DNA of 64,000 nt, taken from a virus. Lineage: Duplodnaviria; Caudoviricetes. A program made the translations under genes and the position numbers. Location: the IMG/VR virus record IMGVR_UViG_3300026549_000039, positions 64,001 through 128,000 of that record. One strand, written 5' to 3'. Positions 44,050 through 53,354 of this stretch are shown piece after piece. Every line of letters starts with the position of its first letter. Position 1 is the first letter of the stretch. The notes under the pieces are model-generated. The model did no database searches. It was not told the DNA's origin and saw nothing but the letters and a program-made list of their open reading frames with translations.

Positions 44050-47000
44050 CTACTTCAATAGGGTAGCTACAACACTAACACGATCAGGACCAGATGCTCT
44101 AAACTCCAGCTCTGTATCAGCTCCAGCAGTCGTGGTTACTGTTATAGTATCTTCACCATTCGACACAAACTTAGCACTTCCACCTGTTAAGGTCAGCTTA
44201 ACTTCTCTGGAAACACGCTTATCTGCGTCTTCAGCCATTGGATTCTCCACCCAGGTTGACAGTTTCAGCAGTAGGGGCGTTCCGTCATACTCCACAGCAC
44301 TCTCCTGGAATTTGACATGAACTGTTTCCGCCGAGAAACTAGAATGGACACACAACGCACAGTAACCGTCTGGCTCTCCTGTTACCTCTACTGGATTATG
44401 AGCACTGGCTATGTTGGATGCTGTATTAGTCCAATACCAAATGTTCTTGCCTGAATCCAGAACACTACCAAGGATACTGTTGTTGTTAGGAGCAGCTAAC
44501 GTCCTAGTGATTTCCATCTTTTGCGATAGCGGGTTCAGCTTACGTACTACAATGGACTGAGAATGTACAGTCGCTAGAGATGAATCCGACAACCACAAAT
44601 TAGCAACAGGTGCATACACGTCGCTGGCCGTGTGAACAAGAGCTTCACCCGATTTTATCTTGAACAAAGACTGATCAGATTGGGTGGATGATGTCAGCGA
44701 TACAGCTTTGGTATTCAACAGCCAGTACTCAGTAAGCTCAGTCCATGGTATTGTAGGCTTATAGAAGATTACCCTAAAATACCTGTAAATACCTGGTGTA
44801 GACAGCATCACACGTTTACGGTACAAATCCTGCATATCCCATGTTAAATCCTGGGCCTCATAAACGGTCGCCCATGTTTCCTTATCAGTAGAACCCTCAA
44901 TCTTTATATGATTGGGTAACTCGTCATCCTCCATAGAGGGGTTAAGAGCTATTACCATAGACTGAGTATAGAGAGGCACAACCTGGTCTACGATAATATC
45001 AACGCGATCCGAATCACTATAAAGTAACGAGACAGCCTTAGAAATACCTGTCCAAGCAACGTGATCATGAGTAAATAGCCCTCTAATTATAGTACCAGAT
45101 TCCACTTCTGCATTAGAACTATACTTCACCATGCCGTTTCTTGGTACAATGGTATGGATATAAGGACAATCCTCATCTACTCCTGTTATAAATGTATCTA
45201 TAGACAGGAGGTTCAAACCGCCATCAGACGTTTCAAGGAACTCCCATTTGTAGTACACATACCAATCAGGAGTATCAACAGTGAACTCTACTACCGTTTC
45301 AGTAGACATCCAAGTTGTTTTTTCCTTCTCATCAATCAACGTCCAGGTCTGCCCATCAACTGAGCCATATACTTTCCACCTGTAAGGAAGACCAAGGGTT
45401 GCAGCCTTGTAGTTTGATCTGATAAATGAGTAGGCAACTATCTTAACCCTATCAGCGTACACAGCTTTACGGAATTGCTGGTCTTCCACAGTGAAGGTAC
45501 CATTAGCGTAATCGGCTAAGGGTCTTTCACCGTCGAGCCCCAAATTAGCCCTACGACTCAACATCCCTTTCCAAGAAGCCATAAGTGTTACAGACTTGTC
45601 TTGGGTAATATAACCAGCACTACATATAACATCCTGTGTTAGTGTCCCGTTGCTGGGCAGATAGCCTGATGCAAAATACCCACAGTTAAGGGTACCATGA
45701 GCGTCAAATCCTCCCCAAGTGAAACCTGTTGGCGTTTCACCGTATGTTGCTGGAGCATGTGTAAGCCATGGATCCCAAAATCCTGAGCTTACCCATCTGG
45801 ACGGGTCGTCAAACATGGCCGTGGTAGTGTAGCTCCACAAGGTACTCTTGCTATTTGCAAAGTAGTGCTTATCCAACACAGACTGCATAGGCATAGCAGT
45901 CTTGGCAAACTCAGGATTACGCTTCTGGATAGCACTAAAATTCTGTACTGTCCACATACGCTTCTGATTGCTGCTTCCACTACCTACTGCGCTCCCACCA
46001 CAAGTAGCACGGAAAAATCTATATGTCCTTGGGGCGTCAAACTCATATAAGTAGGTTTTACTCCAAACGGGAGTTGGACTGACATAACTACTTTCCAACC
46101 CAGGCAGATGATTAAGCGGTATTGTAGCAATCGTATCCCAATTAGAGTTGTCAATGCTTGCAGTAATTATCACACTTGATGGTACACCTGACCCATAACC
46201 GGATGATGGATTAACTCTGATACCAAGCATTGTAAACTGCAAACCTATCACTTCAATAGCTTGATTGAAAGTGAGGCTCATGTACAGTGCATTTGATAGA
46301 CCACTAGCAGAGGAATACATATAAACCCCATTATTGAAATATGGCAGTGTGGTAGAATCCTGATTCTCATTGTAGCATGGAGGAACATGAGCACATGTTC
46401 TAGGACCAACAATCGACAAACACGCCGGAGGTATTGGAAAGTAGCTAGTACTGCTGTTAAAGCATTGTATGGACTTAGGTGAAGACGCATAAACACCATT
46501 AGTGGCACTACTAATACCTGCTGCACCATAACTGTATGCAGGCTTAGAGCCACTGTACAAATGAGTAGCTTCTGGAACCTGAGCTTGCTTCCAAGGCCAA
46601 GGCTCTTCTTGAATCATCCAAGACCCAACTACAATATCAGTACCATTTGCAGAATCTGTAAACGTTATCCTAAACGCATGAGCTCCCTGCGGGCATTTTA
46701 CTCTCATATCCTTCAGGATAAAATAGTTACGGTACTGCTTATATTCAGCACACCCATTAGATTGATTAAGCGTATACAGACCAGCAGCACAATAATCTCC
46801 CCGCACAAACCTAGGCGGATAGGACAATGCTACATTCTCTTGCCTATCAACCTCAATCCATGTATCCGTTGCCACATCATGTGCTTCGATATACCACGAT
46901 ATTGGCGCTGCATCTCTATGGACAGGATGTGGGTTTATTGAATATGACACAGCATAAATGGGGAAGATGTCACCATTCAAATAAATAGCACAATCCTGCA

Positions 47001-48921
47001 AATTTGGCCCAGATCGTCGTAATGTATATGAACATCCCGGGAGTGTACCACGCCAGTAGACATAACTGTAATTCCAGTCGGGATGGACTGTAGCAGTATT
47101 ATCGGTATAGACTACAGGATAGCCCTGGCTACGGGGTGTCAAACCAAAGCAGTTTACCATTGAGTAAAAATAGCTGCTTTCCCCTACTTTAGTAAAACCT
47201 TCATGGGATACAATTACACCCCAAGGATGGGCAACACCACTGGATCCAGAATACCTAAATTGAGTAGCGGTCATCTGGGTACCATCATAATTACCTGCTG
47301 TATAACCTTGACCTATAATGTCTTCACCACAAGGAAGAATGGTCTTCTTTGGCTTACCCTCCGGTGACAGAGCATGAATCCTGAGTACGGGTTCTGTACG
47401 TTTGGTCACAAGATGATCATAGGAGGAAAATCTAGGCCTGGATATAGGTAACGCATCACGCTTACCCATATCAGTGGCAGCAGTCATGCCTTCACCCTCA
47501 AGCATGTTATTAAATCTATCAATCTGGCTCTCGATATATGGAATCGTATTCGCTGTTGGCACAAAAAACGATCCATATGAATAGTTACAGCTGTAAAGGG
47601 GATATGTGTAATTATCTACATTAAGGGGTGTAAATCCCGTAGAAATAGTGCCACCAACAGATACAGTCTGCCAGGATCCATAAGGTCCTACCACAGGCAA
47701 AATTTTAGAATCAAGAACCTCTGTATGATCCTGATTCATATAAACCTGGGCTACAGATTCAACAATAGCATTCTGCCATACAGCCTGGCAGGCCATAGGA
47801 ATGAAAACACTATCATCAAGCTCTGGTATTAACAGGCTACCAGTAAGAGGGTAAAGAGCTAGGTAGTATTTGTAGTCTGTACCACTACCCGTAGCGTTGG
47901 CTATTGGCGGCACCAAAGGTTTAGATGACCACAAAACTGTAGCATGGAAGTCATTAAGATCAAAGGCAACCAGCGCCTTGTAAAGACAACCTTGATCATA
48001 AACCGGTCTAACAGCCTGACTAGCTAGATAGGAACTCTCAGTTTGACCAGAAATCTGCTGTAGCTCGATTAAGAAGGTATGCTGGTCTGTAAATCCTAGA
48101 AATTTATACCCGATCCACCCAGAAGCACTTATATTCGTAACGCCCGCCGTGTAAATATTAAATGTAGATATCTCTGTAACAGCACCACTGTTTTTATTCA
48201 CACCATATATACACAGGGCTGATGGCGAGGACCCAAAGTTCCTATTTCTAGGCCAGGCATACAAGAAATACAATGATGTAGCATCCTGGTATAAATACTC
48301 AACAGGCAAAAAGGTCCAACCGAAAAGACCGGGTGCTGGGTTAGCAGTACCATATGAAGAGTCAACAGCCGTTGTATTCTCGGTGGTAGTATGACGCCAC
48401 ACAGTCTCACGTGTTGTAGTGTTGATCTTGGCCATACCAAAGAACTGATTCTTGTTCGGGCCAGATATAACAGCATACACGATGGATGAATCATTTGTGT
48501 CACGAATGACAGACATGGGACGGGCTCTTCGTCCGATGGTGCCACCCACAACAGCCCTATTTTTAAGGACAACTTCATCCGAATATGCGTTTAGGCTACT
48601 AACAACCTGAAATTGGCCTCCAAAGTAGCCAAGTAGTCCAGAATGAATCATGTTGGCGTTAAGCATAGAGGCATTGAGGGAATTCTGTTGGGTAGTAGCG
48701 TAGTCTGAAAGCGCCAAAGATTCCGTGTCAGTGTATAGACCAAAGTACCCATTCCTGACCGATGCGAGCAGTTCTTTAGAATACTCAAATCCGCCAATCA
48801 GGTAGTTGTATGGCATCTCAAGAAATGATGTAGTAGAACCTCCTGCTACAAAGCGCCTGTTTGGTACAGCACGATAGTAGGCTGGCTCTATAGGTGTTCT
48901 GAGGATTTCTGGCATCTTCAA
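44050..48921 (-). CDS. Large tail/adhesin protein with about four discoidin (F5/8 type C)-like modules
   Basis: Repeated P..W/H..xxS.D...W..I/V...Y.Y/FFR/K patterns; paralogous termini with 48943 ORF. Confidence 0.65.
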   Translation of the reverse strand: MKMPEILRTPIEPAYYRAVPNRRFVAGGSTTSFLEMPYNYLIGGFEYSKELLASVRNGYFGLYTDTESLALSDYATTQQNSLNASMLNANMIHSGLLGYFGGQFQVVSSLNAYSDEVVLKNRAVVGGTIGRRARPMSVIRDTNDSSIVYAVISGPNKNQFFGMAKINTTTRETVWRHTTTENTTAVDSSYGTANPAPGLFGWTFLPVEYLYQDATSLYFLYAWPRNRNFGSSPSALCIYGVNKNSGAVTEISTFNIYTAGVTNISASGWIGYKFLGFTDQHTFLIELQQISGQTESSYLASQAVRPVYDQGCLYKALVAFDLNDFHATVLWSSKPLVPPIANATGSGTDYKYYLALYPLTGSLLIPELDDSVFIPMACQAVWQNAIVESVAQVYMNQDHTEVLDSKILPVVGPYGSWQTVSVGGTISTGFTPLNVDNYTYPLYSCNYSYGSFFVPTANTIPYIESQIDRFNNMLEGEGMTAATDMGKRDALPISRPRFSSYDHLVTKRTEPVLRIHALSPEGKPKKTILPCGEDIIGQGYTAGNYDGTQMTATQFRYSGSSGVAHPWGVIVSHEGFTKVGESSYFYSMVNCFGLTPRSQGYPVVYTDNTATVHPDWNYSYVYWRGTLPGCSYTLRRSGPNLQDCAIYLNGDIFPIYAVSYSINPHPVHRDAAPISWYIEAHDVATDTWIEVDRQENVALSYPPRFVRGDYCAAGLYTLNQSNGCAEYKQYRNYFILKDMRVKCPQGAHAFRITFTDSANGTDIVVGSWMIQEEPWPWKQAQVPEATHLYSGSKPAYSYGAAGISSATNGVYASSPKSIQCFNSSTSYFPIPPACLSIVGPRTCAHVPPCYNENQDSTTLPYFNNGVYMYSSASGLSNALYMSLTFNQAIEVIGLQFTMLGIRVNPSSGYGSGVPSSVIITASIDNSNWDTIATIPLNHLPGLESSYVSPTPVWSKTYLYEFDAPRTYRFFRATCGGSAVGSGSSNQKRMWTVQNFSAIQKRNPEFAKTAMPMQSVLDKHYFANSKSTLWSYTTTAMFDDPSRWVSSGFWDPWLTHAPATYGETPTGFTWGGFDAHGTLNCGYFASGYLPSNGTLTQDVICSAGYITQDKSVTLMASWKGMLSRRANLGLDGERPLADYANGTFTVEDQQFRKAVYADRVKIVAYSFIRSNYKAATLGLPYRWKVYGSVDGQTWTLIDEKEKTTWMSTETVVEFTVDTPDWYVYYKWEFLETSDGGLNLLSIDTFITGVDEDCPYIHTIVPRNGMVKYSSNAEVESGTIIRGLFTHDHVAWTGISKAVSLLYSDSDRVDIIVDQVVPLYTQSMVIALNPSMEDDELPNHIKIEGSTDKETWATVYEAQDLTWDMQDLYRKRVMLSTPGIYRYFRVIFYKPTIPWTELTEYWLLNTKAVSLTSSTQSDQSLFKIKSGEALVHTASDVYAPVANLWLSDSSLATVHSQSIVVRKLNPLSQKMEITRTLAAPNNNSILGSVLDSGKNIWYWTNTASNIASAHNPVEVTGEPDGYCALCVHSSFSAETVHVKFQESAVEYDGTPLLLKLSTWVENPMAEDADKRVSREVKLTLTGGSAKFVSNGEDTITVTTTAGADTELEFRASGPDRVSVVATLLK

Positions 48922-48942
48922 TCTTCCTCCTTACATGGTTAT

Positions 48943-50937
48943 CTAATCAGCTGTTAAGGCCATAGTAATACTAGCATCGCCTACACCAGTGATGATAAAA
49001 GGTATGCGAACTAGCTGATGTGTCGATGTTTTAGCAAGAACAGCTTTGCTATTGGTGGATTTAAACTTCATTGGTCCTACAGCAGTCAATCGCACATCTC
49101 TTTCAATAGGATCGCCTAGGTCACCTATAGTTTGGATGTCAACATACGTTTCTATCTCTGTGCCAGAGAAAGTATACACCATGTTCTCAGGAACAATAAC
49201 CATCCTAGACACTGTAAAACTGTTAATGAAGTATAGAGATGATTGCCTCATCTCCGGGTGCATAGCATCTATGCCTGTCTCCAAGAACCACAAGTTTGAC
49301 AACTCATCTACACAAGCATAGCTAAAGGAATTAGAATTGGAGGCAGGTACCACATTCTTCAACATATCCAGTTTACCTGTTTCCAGATCTATAGAGTATA
49401 TCCGAATGCGATTGAGTCTAGCAGCCACAAACACATTATGTTTAAGCCATAGCATATCAGTACAAACCATAGACATACTGTCTACAAGCTGTAAAGTATC
49501 ATTATCTACGAACTTAAAAATGGCTACGTAACCGTACAAATCATTTTGGCCTCTAACGTCGTTCGTATTATAGATTGGATTGGTATATATCATAAGGAAC
49601 TTCGTATTAGCTCCATACAACACATAAAACTTAGAGAAGGATAAGCTGGTCATTTGGTGTAAGTTGACCCAATCCAGGTAGCTCATTTCCAGGCCATCCT
49701 TGTTCAGGACAGTCATGGGTTCAAAACGCTGTGCTCCATCCTGTAAGATATACTTGTAAATACCCAGCGCATCGTCTGCACCATTCCAGTTTATGAAGGT
49801 ACCACCAAAACCATAACAGGTTATAGAATCAGTTATGGTTCTATCTGGACTGGATGGCTTTGGTAAATAAGTAGCTAAACCATAGGATGAAATAGGGTTC
49901 ATATAAAACGTTGTGCCAAACGGCTTCCTAGCATGAACAAGAGGTGTACCATTAGGATGTAATGTTGTATGCGTTGCCCTGTCATAGTAAAAATACCCAA
50001 TCCTATAGCTGGTCTCTGGATTCGATGTGGTGTTGGCCGTCATATTGACAGTATCAAACCGGGACATCAAAAATATATCCCGATCATTTTCATCCATACC
50101 AATATACTGACAATCATGTGCGTCTCCAGGACTTATAAAAGAAGCATTATTGATGGCACCTGTACCAACATTAACAGGATAATAGGTTGGACCTCCTACA
50201 AGATCGCCTGTTTCAGTTGAAACCCTAATAATACCCCAATAGGCCCTGCTATGATATGGATAGGTATACATACGCCGTGTCATTGCCACTCCACTTACAG
50301 TTCCATTGGAGGTAGTATATGCAACTCCAGGTATACCCTGTACACCATCGCCGCAGAACAGTATGTACAACATACCATCCTGTATGGCAAAAATATTCAT
50401 TCTAACAAAGGCTTCACTACCAATATTCTTCCTGCACCATATAACCTTATGGGTCTCTGTATCATACTTAATCAGGAAGGTATTATCGCCTATACTGTCG
50501 CCGTTAAACTGTGTGTAGACTATGTTTGGCTCTATGGGATCCCTTACATAGGCTTTTGGCACGCTGTCCATATTATTAGTTGGACTGACAAACCGTACAG
50601 GGAAGAAGCCAAAGAGCATAAAACCACACTGACCCATAACTGAACCAGTACAAAATGTCTTAAAGAACTGGTTGTTGTTATAGGTAGTAGAAAATTCAGT
50701 AGTAGCGTTAGTACTAATTGGGTCTAGGCTGCTAAAGCTACTACCTGTAACATTTTTACCCCTCAAAGCCAACCTACCTGTGGATACTATAGGTGTATCA
50801 TATCCACCAACAGGCATTACTGTATGCTTATTCATCAGCATAGTACCGATCCAGTAGTGGTCTGGAAGTTCCCAGAACTGGTTCTGGATGATGCTGTCAT
50901 TTTGGGAACGTCTAAACAACGCCATCTGCTCTCTCAC
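48943..50937 (-). CDS. Tail/virion protein, shorter paralogue of 44050 ORF
   Basis: Shared motifs: ELPDHYWIG/EMPYNYLIG, RDPIEPNIVY/RDTNDSSIVY, DELSNLWF/DSGKNIWY, ERDVRLT/SREVKLT. Confidence 0.6.
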   Translation of the reverse strand: MREQMALFRRSQNDSIIQNQFWELPDHYWIGTMLMNKHTVMPVGGYDTPIVSTGRLALRGKNVTGSSFSSLDPISTNATTEFSTTYNNNQFFKTFCTGSVMGQCGFMLFGFFPVRFVSPTNNMDSVPKAYVRDPIEPNIVYTQFNGDSIGDNTFLIKYDTETHKVIWCRKNIGSEAFVRMNIFAIQDGMLYILFCGDGVQGIPGVAYTTSNGTVSGVAMTRRMYTYPYHSRAYWGIIRVSTETGDLVGGPTYYPVNVGTGAINNASFISPGDAHDCQYIGMDENDRDIFLMSRFDTVNMTANTTSNPETSYRIGYFYYDRATHTTLHPNGTPLVHARKPFGTTFYMNPISSYGLATYLPKPSSPDRTITDSITCYGFGGTFINWNGADDALGIYKYILQDGAQRFEPMTVLNKDGLEMSYLDWVNLHQMTSLSFSKFYVLYGANTKFLMIYTNPIYNTNDVRGQNDLYGYVAIFKFVDNDTLQLVDSMSMVCTDMLWLKHNVFVAARLNRIRIYSIDLETGKLDMLKNVVPASNSNSFSYACVDELSNLWFLETGIDAMHPEMRQSSLYFINSFTVSRMVIVPENMVYTFSGTEIETYVDIQTIGDLGDPIERDVRLTAVGPMKFKSTNSKAVLAKTSTHQLVRIPFIITGVGDASITMALTAD

Positions 50938-53138
50938 TCCTTAAATTTGTAAGCTGTAACTTGAATGCTGATCGTCGCCTCAACACTACCAGGAGTCGTA
51001 GTAACTAACTTTATGTCCTCCCTATGAAGATCAATCAACGTATCTGTACCAGGAGCTAGTTCAAATCTATAAAGTACTGTTCCACGTTTGTCTATGACGC
51101 TTACCTCAGCAGTATCATTAGTCAGTACATTTCTTAACAGAATGTTGCCTGTTATCATGTAGTCCGTAGACGCTATGGTAGCATCAATCCATGCTGGGAA
51201 ATCAAATAGGTTACCAGTAGTATCTTCCGTTGGATCAACCTCAATAGTAAAGCGCTTAATCTTGCCGATAACGATATACTTCTTCGTCTTATCGACAGGA
51301 TCAGTATACTCGTATACATCCAAGCCACTATCGGGCCCTGGATCAGTATCCAGGATGGTCGGGTTCAGCTTACCAGACAGAACTTCGATTAGAAGGTCAA
51401 TTTGATAAGAGCCGCGACACTGTAAAACCCAGTCTGTAGATATTGCTGGAATAGTCATTGAACTATTAGCAGGTAGAGTATCAGTAGCCCTAACTACTCC
51501 ATTATGTAAGATATTAAACTGTAGAGCAGCCACTCTGGAAGTATTTGTAATAGTTAGAACCTGCTTCAACATATAAGGACTGGATTTCCAGTCATCGGTT
51601 TGGAAGATGTCTTCCATAACGCGATCAAAGCTGCAAGCCTCTGTTAAAGCCTGTGTAGAATCTACAAACTGGCGCTCTTCTCTTTTGACACTAACAGCTT
51701 CAATGGTTATAGAATCTCCGCCACCGCCATCACCTGACCCAGTTCCCATATATATCTCTGTAAGGATGATGAAAGCGTTGCTGCTAATCGCTAATGCGGA
51801 TGGATGTTTGTGCGTATCATTTTCAGCGGCCTTCCACCGCATTTCACCAGCATCATCCTGGTAATAAACAGTACCTGGTGTGAGAATCCACCGGCTGTAG
51901 TTCGTAAAAACTCCGCCTACCTGTACATCAACCTGCTGCCAGGCGTTACAGTTAGCTAGAGCGAATCCTATAGCCTTACCGCCGTCTTTGGTTGCTGGTG
52001 ATACGCGACCATTTTCATTCATCCATACCAGTTGACCAGCCCCAATAGCCTCAGCTGCTGTCGCTGTTATGTACTGTTTATTTACATTAACCTCTGGTAT
52101 CTCCTGCTGTTTTGCTATAAGCAGCAAAATACCATTTGGTTGCACATACCATAATGTCTTATGGTACTCGTCATAGACTAGCCTACCAATACCAGCTTCC
52201 TGTGCTGGTAACAAATACTGGCTGTTGTCTTCTGGGTGCCTCTGTAGAGTCCAAACTGGTGGCACGCTAGGATCTATAATTCCACCTGTAATAATATTTC
52301 CTAGAGTTCCAGCCAGTAAGTCATCCCAATTATTAGCTGAGCTGCTATCTATAAACTCTCCACCTGTAGCCCAAGCTGTTGGAGCATAGTAGCTCTGGTC
52401 CTTGGCTATAACGATTAGGGTTATGTCATTCGATACAAGCAAAGACTGGACATCAGGCGGTGTAAGGGGGTCGCCTTCTCTACCAGTATCCGTAACGAGT
52501 ACTATGAACTTCTTAGTATCGTCGCGGAACTTGTATGTTTCTACACCCCACTTTATAGCAGACGCTGCCTGTGCATTTGAGCTGCCACTTACAATATTCG
52601 TAGCTAAGTTAGAGAACATTGAAATAGCAGCGCTGCTATAGTTAGCCCAAGGCGATGACCCGACCATAAGCTGTTTATGGTTGACCATGTAGGCCCCTAA
52701 TCCTACGCGCAGGTCATCGACACCATCCCCGTCTAGCTTAGTAAACAGCCCAGCTATACTAGCTTTCAGCTTGGCTATATCAGGAGACATCGACCCAGAT
52801 ACATCTACAAGGAACAATATGTCTCCGCCTGATGTAGTGCGGTCAGAGACATATACCCTGTCACTAGCTATATCGTATATAGGCCTTGTGGGCTTAGCAT
52901 TCGACCTGGAATCGCCAAGCTCAGAAACATCCTGCGCTACCGTGGCTAACCTTACGATATAATCCGTTTCGTATTTATCCGTATCATCTTCTGATACAAA
53001 CGCAAGTTGACCAAGACGACCGGTAGGCAGTAATGGGTTGGGATCTTCTACAATATTACCTTCAGGAGTAGTCAGCAGCGGCCTGTTGCCTATTGCATTC
53101 TCTACATACACAAAGCGTAAGTATGGCCTACCTTCCAT
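50934..53138 (-). CDS. vWA-domain virion protein with DUF2190-like module
   Basis: DILFLVDVSGSM (MIDAS DxSxS), IVLVTD, ATGG; TAAEAIGAGQLV...AIGFA. Confidence 0.75.
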   Translation of the reverse strand: MEGRPYLRFVYVENAIGNRPLLTTPEGNIVEDPNPLLPTGRLGQLAFVSEDDTDKYETDYIVRLATVAQDVSELGDSRSNAKPTRPIYDIASDRVYVSDRTTSGGDILFLVDVSGSMSPDIAKLKASIAGLFTKLDGDGVDDLRVGLGAYMVNHKQLMVGSSPWANYSSAAISMFSNLATNIVSGSSNAQAASAIKWGVETYKFRDDTKKFIVLVTDTGREGDPLTPPDVQSLLVSNDITLIVIAKDQSYYAPTAWATGGEFIDSSSANNWDDLLAGTLGNIITGGIIDPSVPPVWTLQRHPEDNSQYLLPAQEAGIGRLVYDEYHKTLWYVQPNGILLLIAKQQEIPEVNVNKQYITATAAEAIGAGQLVWMNENGRVSPATKDGGKAIGFALANCNAWQQVDVQVGGVFTNYSRWILTPGTVYYQDDAGEMRWKAAENDTHKHPSALAISSNAFIILTEIYMGTGSGDGGGGDSITIEAVSVKREERQFVDSTQALTEACSFDRVMEDIFQTDDWKSSPYMLKQVLTITNTSRVAALQFNILHNGVVRATDTLPANSSMTIPAISTDWVLQCRGSYQIDLLIEVLSGKLNPTILDTDPGPDSGLDVYEYTDPVDKTKKYIVIGKIKRFTIEVDPTEDTTGNLFDFPAWIDATIASTDYMITGNILLRNVLTNDTAEVSVIDKRGTVLYRFELAPGTDTLIDLHREDIKLVTTTPGSVEATISIQVTAYKFKE

Positions 53139-53354
53139 AATTGACCAACACCACCTTTCCTGCTATTATACAGGACACAGGCATAGATTCCCAACTATGT
53201 CCCGTGCCCAGTATGCGGAATGTCCAATTCTGTGCCCATTTTAACACTCTCCTTATGGTATGCCGAGTAGCTGTCTCAGGGCTACTCGGCGCTTACTATT
53301 CCGTTCTTCAGGGTGGAATGATTCTGTCAAGTAATTACTATAGCAGGTTGAAAC

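Noticed and set aside
53138-53239. T4 gene 60-like translational bypass from the 14-codon ORF into the vWA gene
   Set aside because: No matching ACA landing codon in the vWA frame, and the vWA gene has its own RBS
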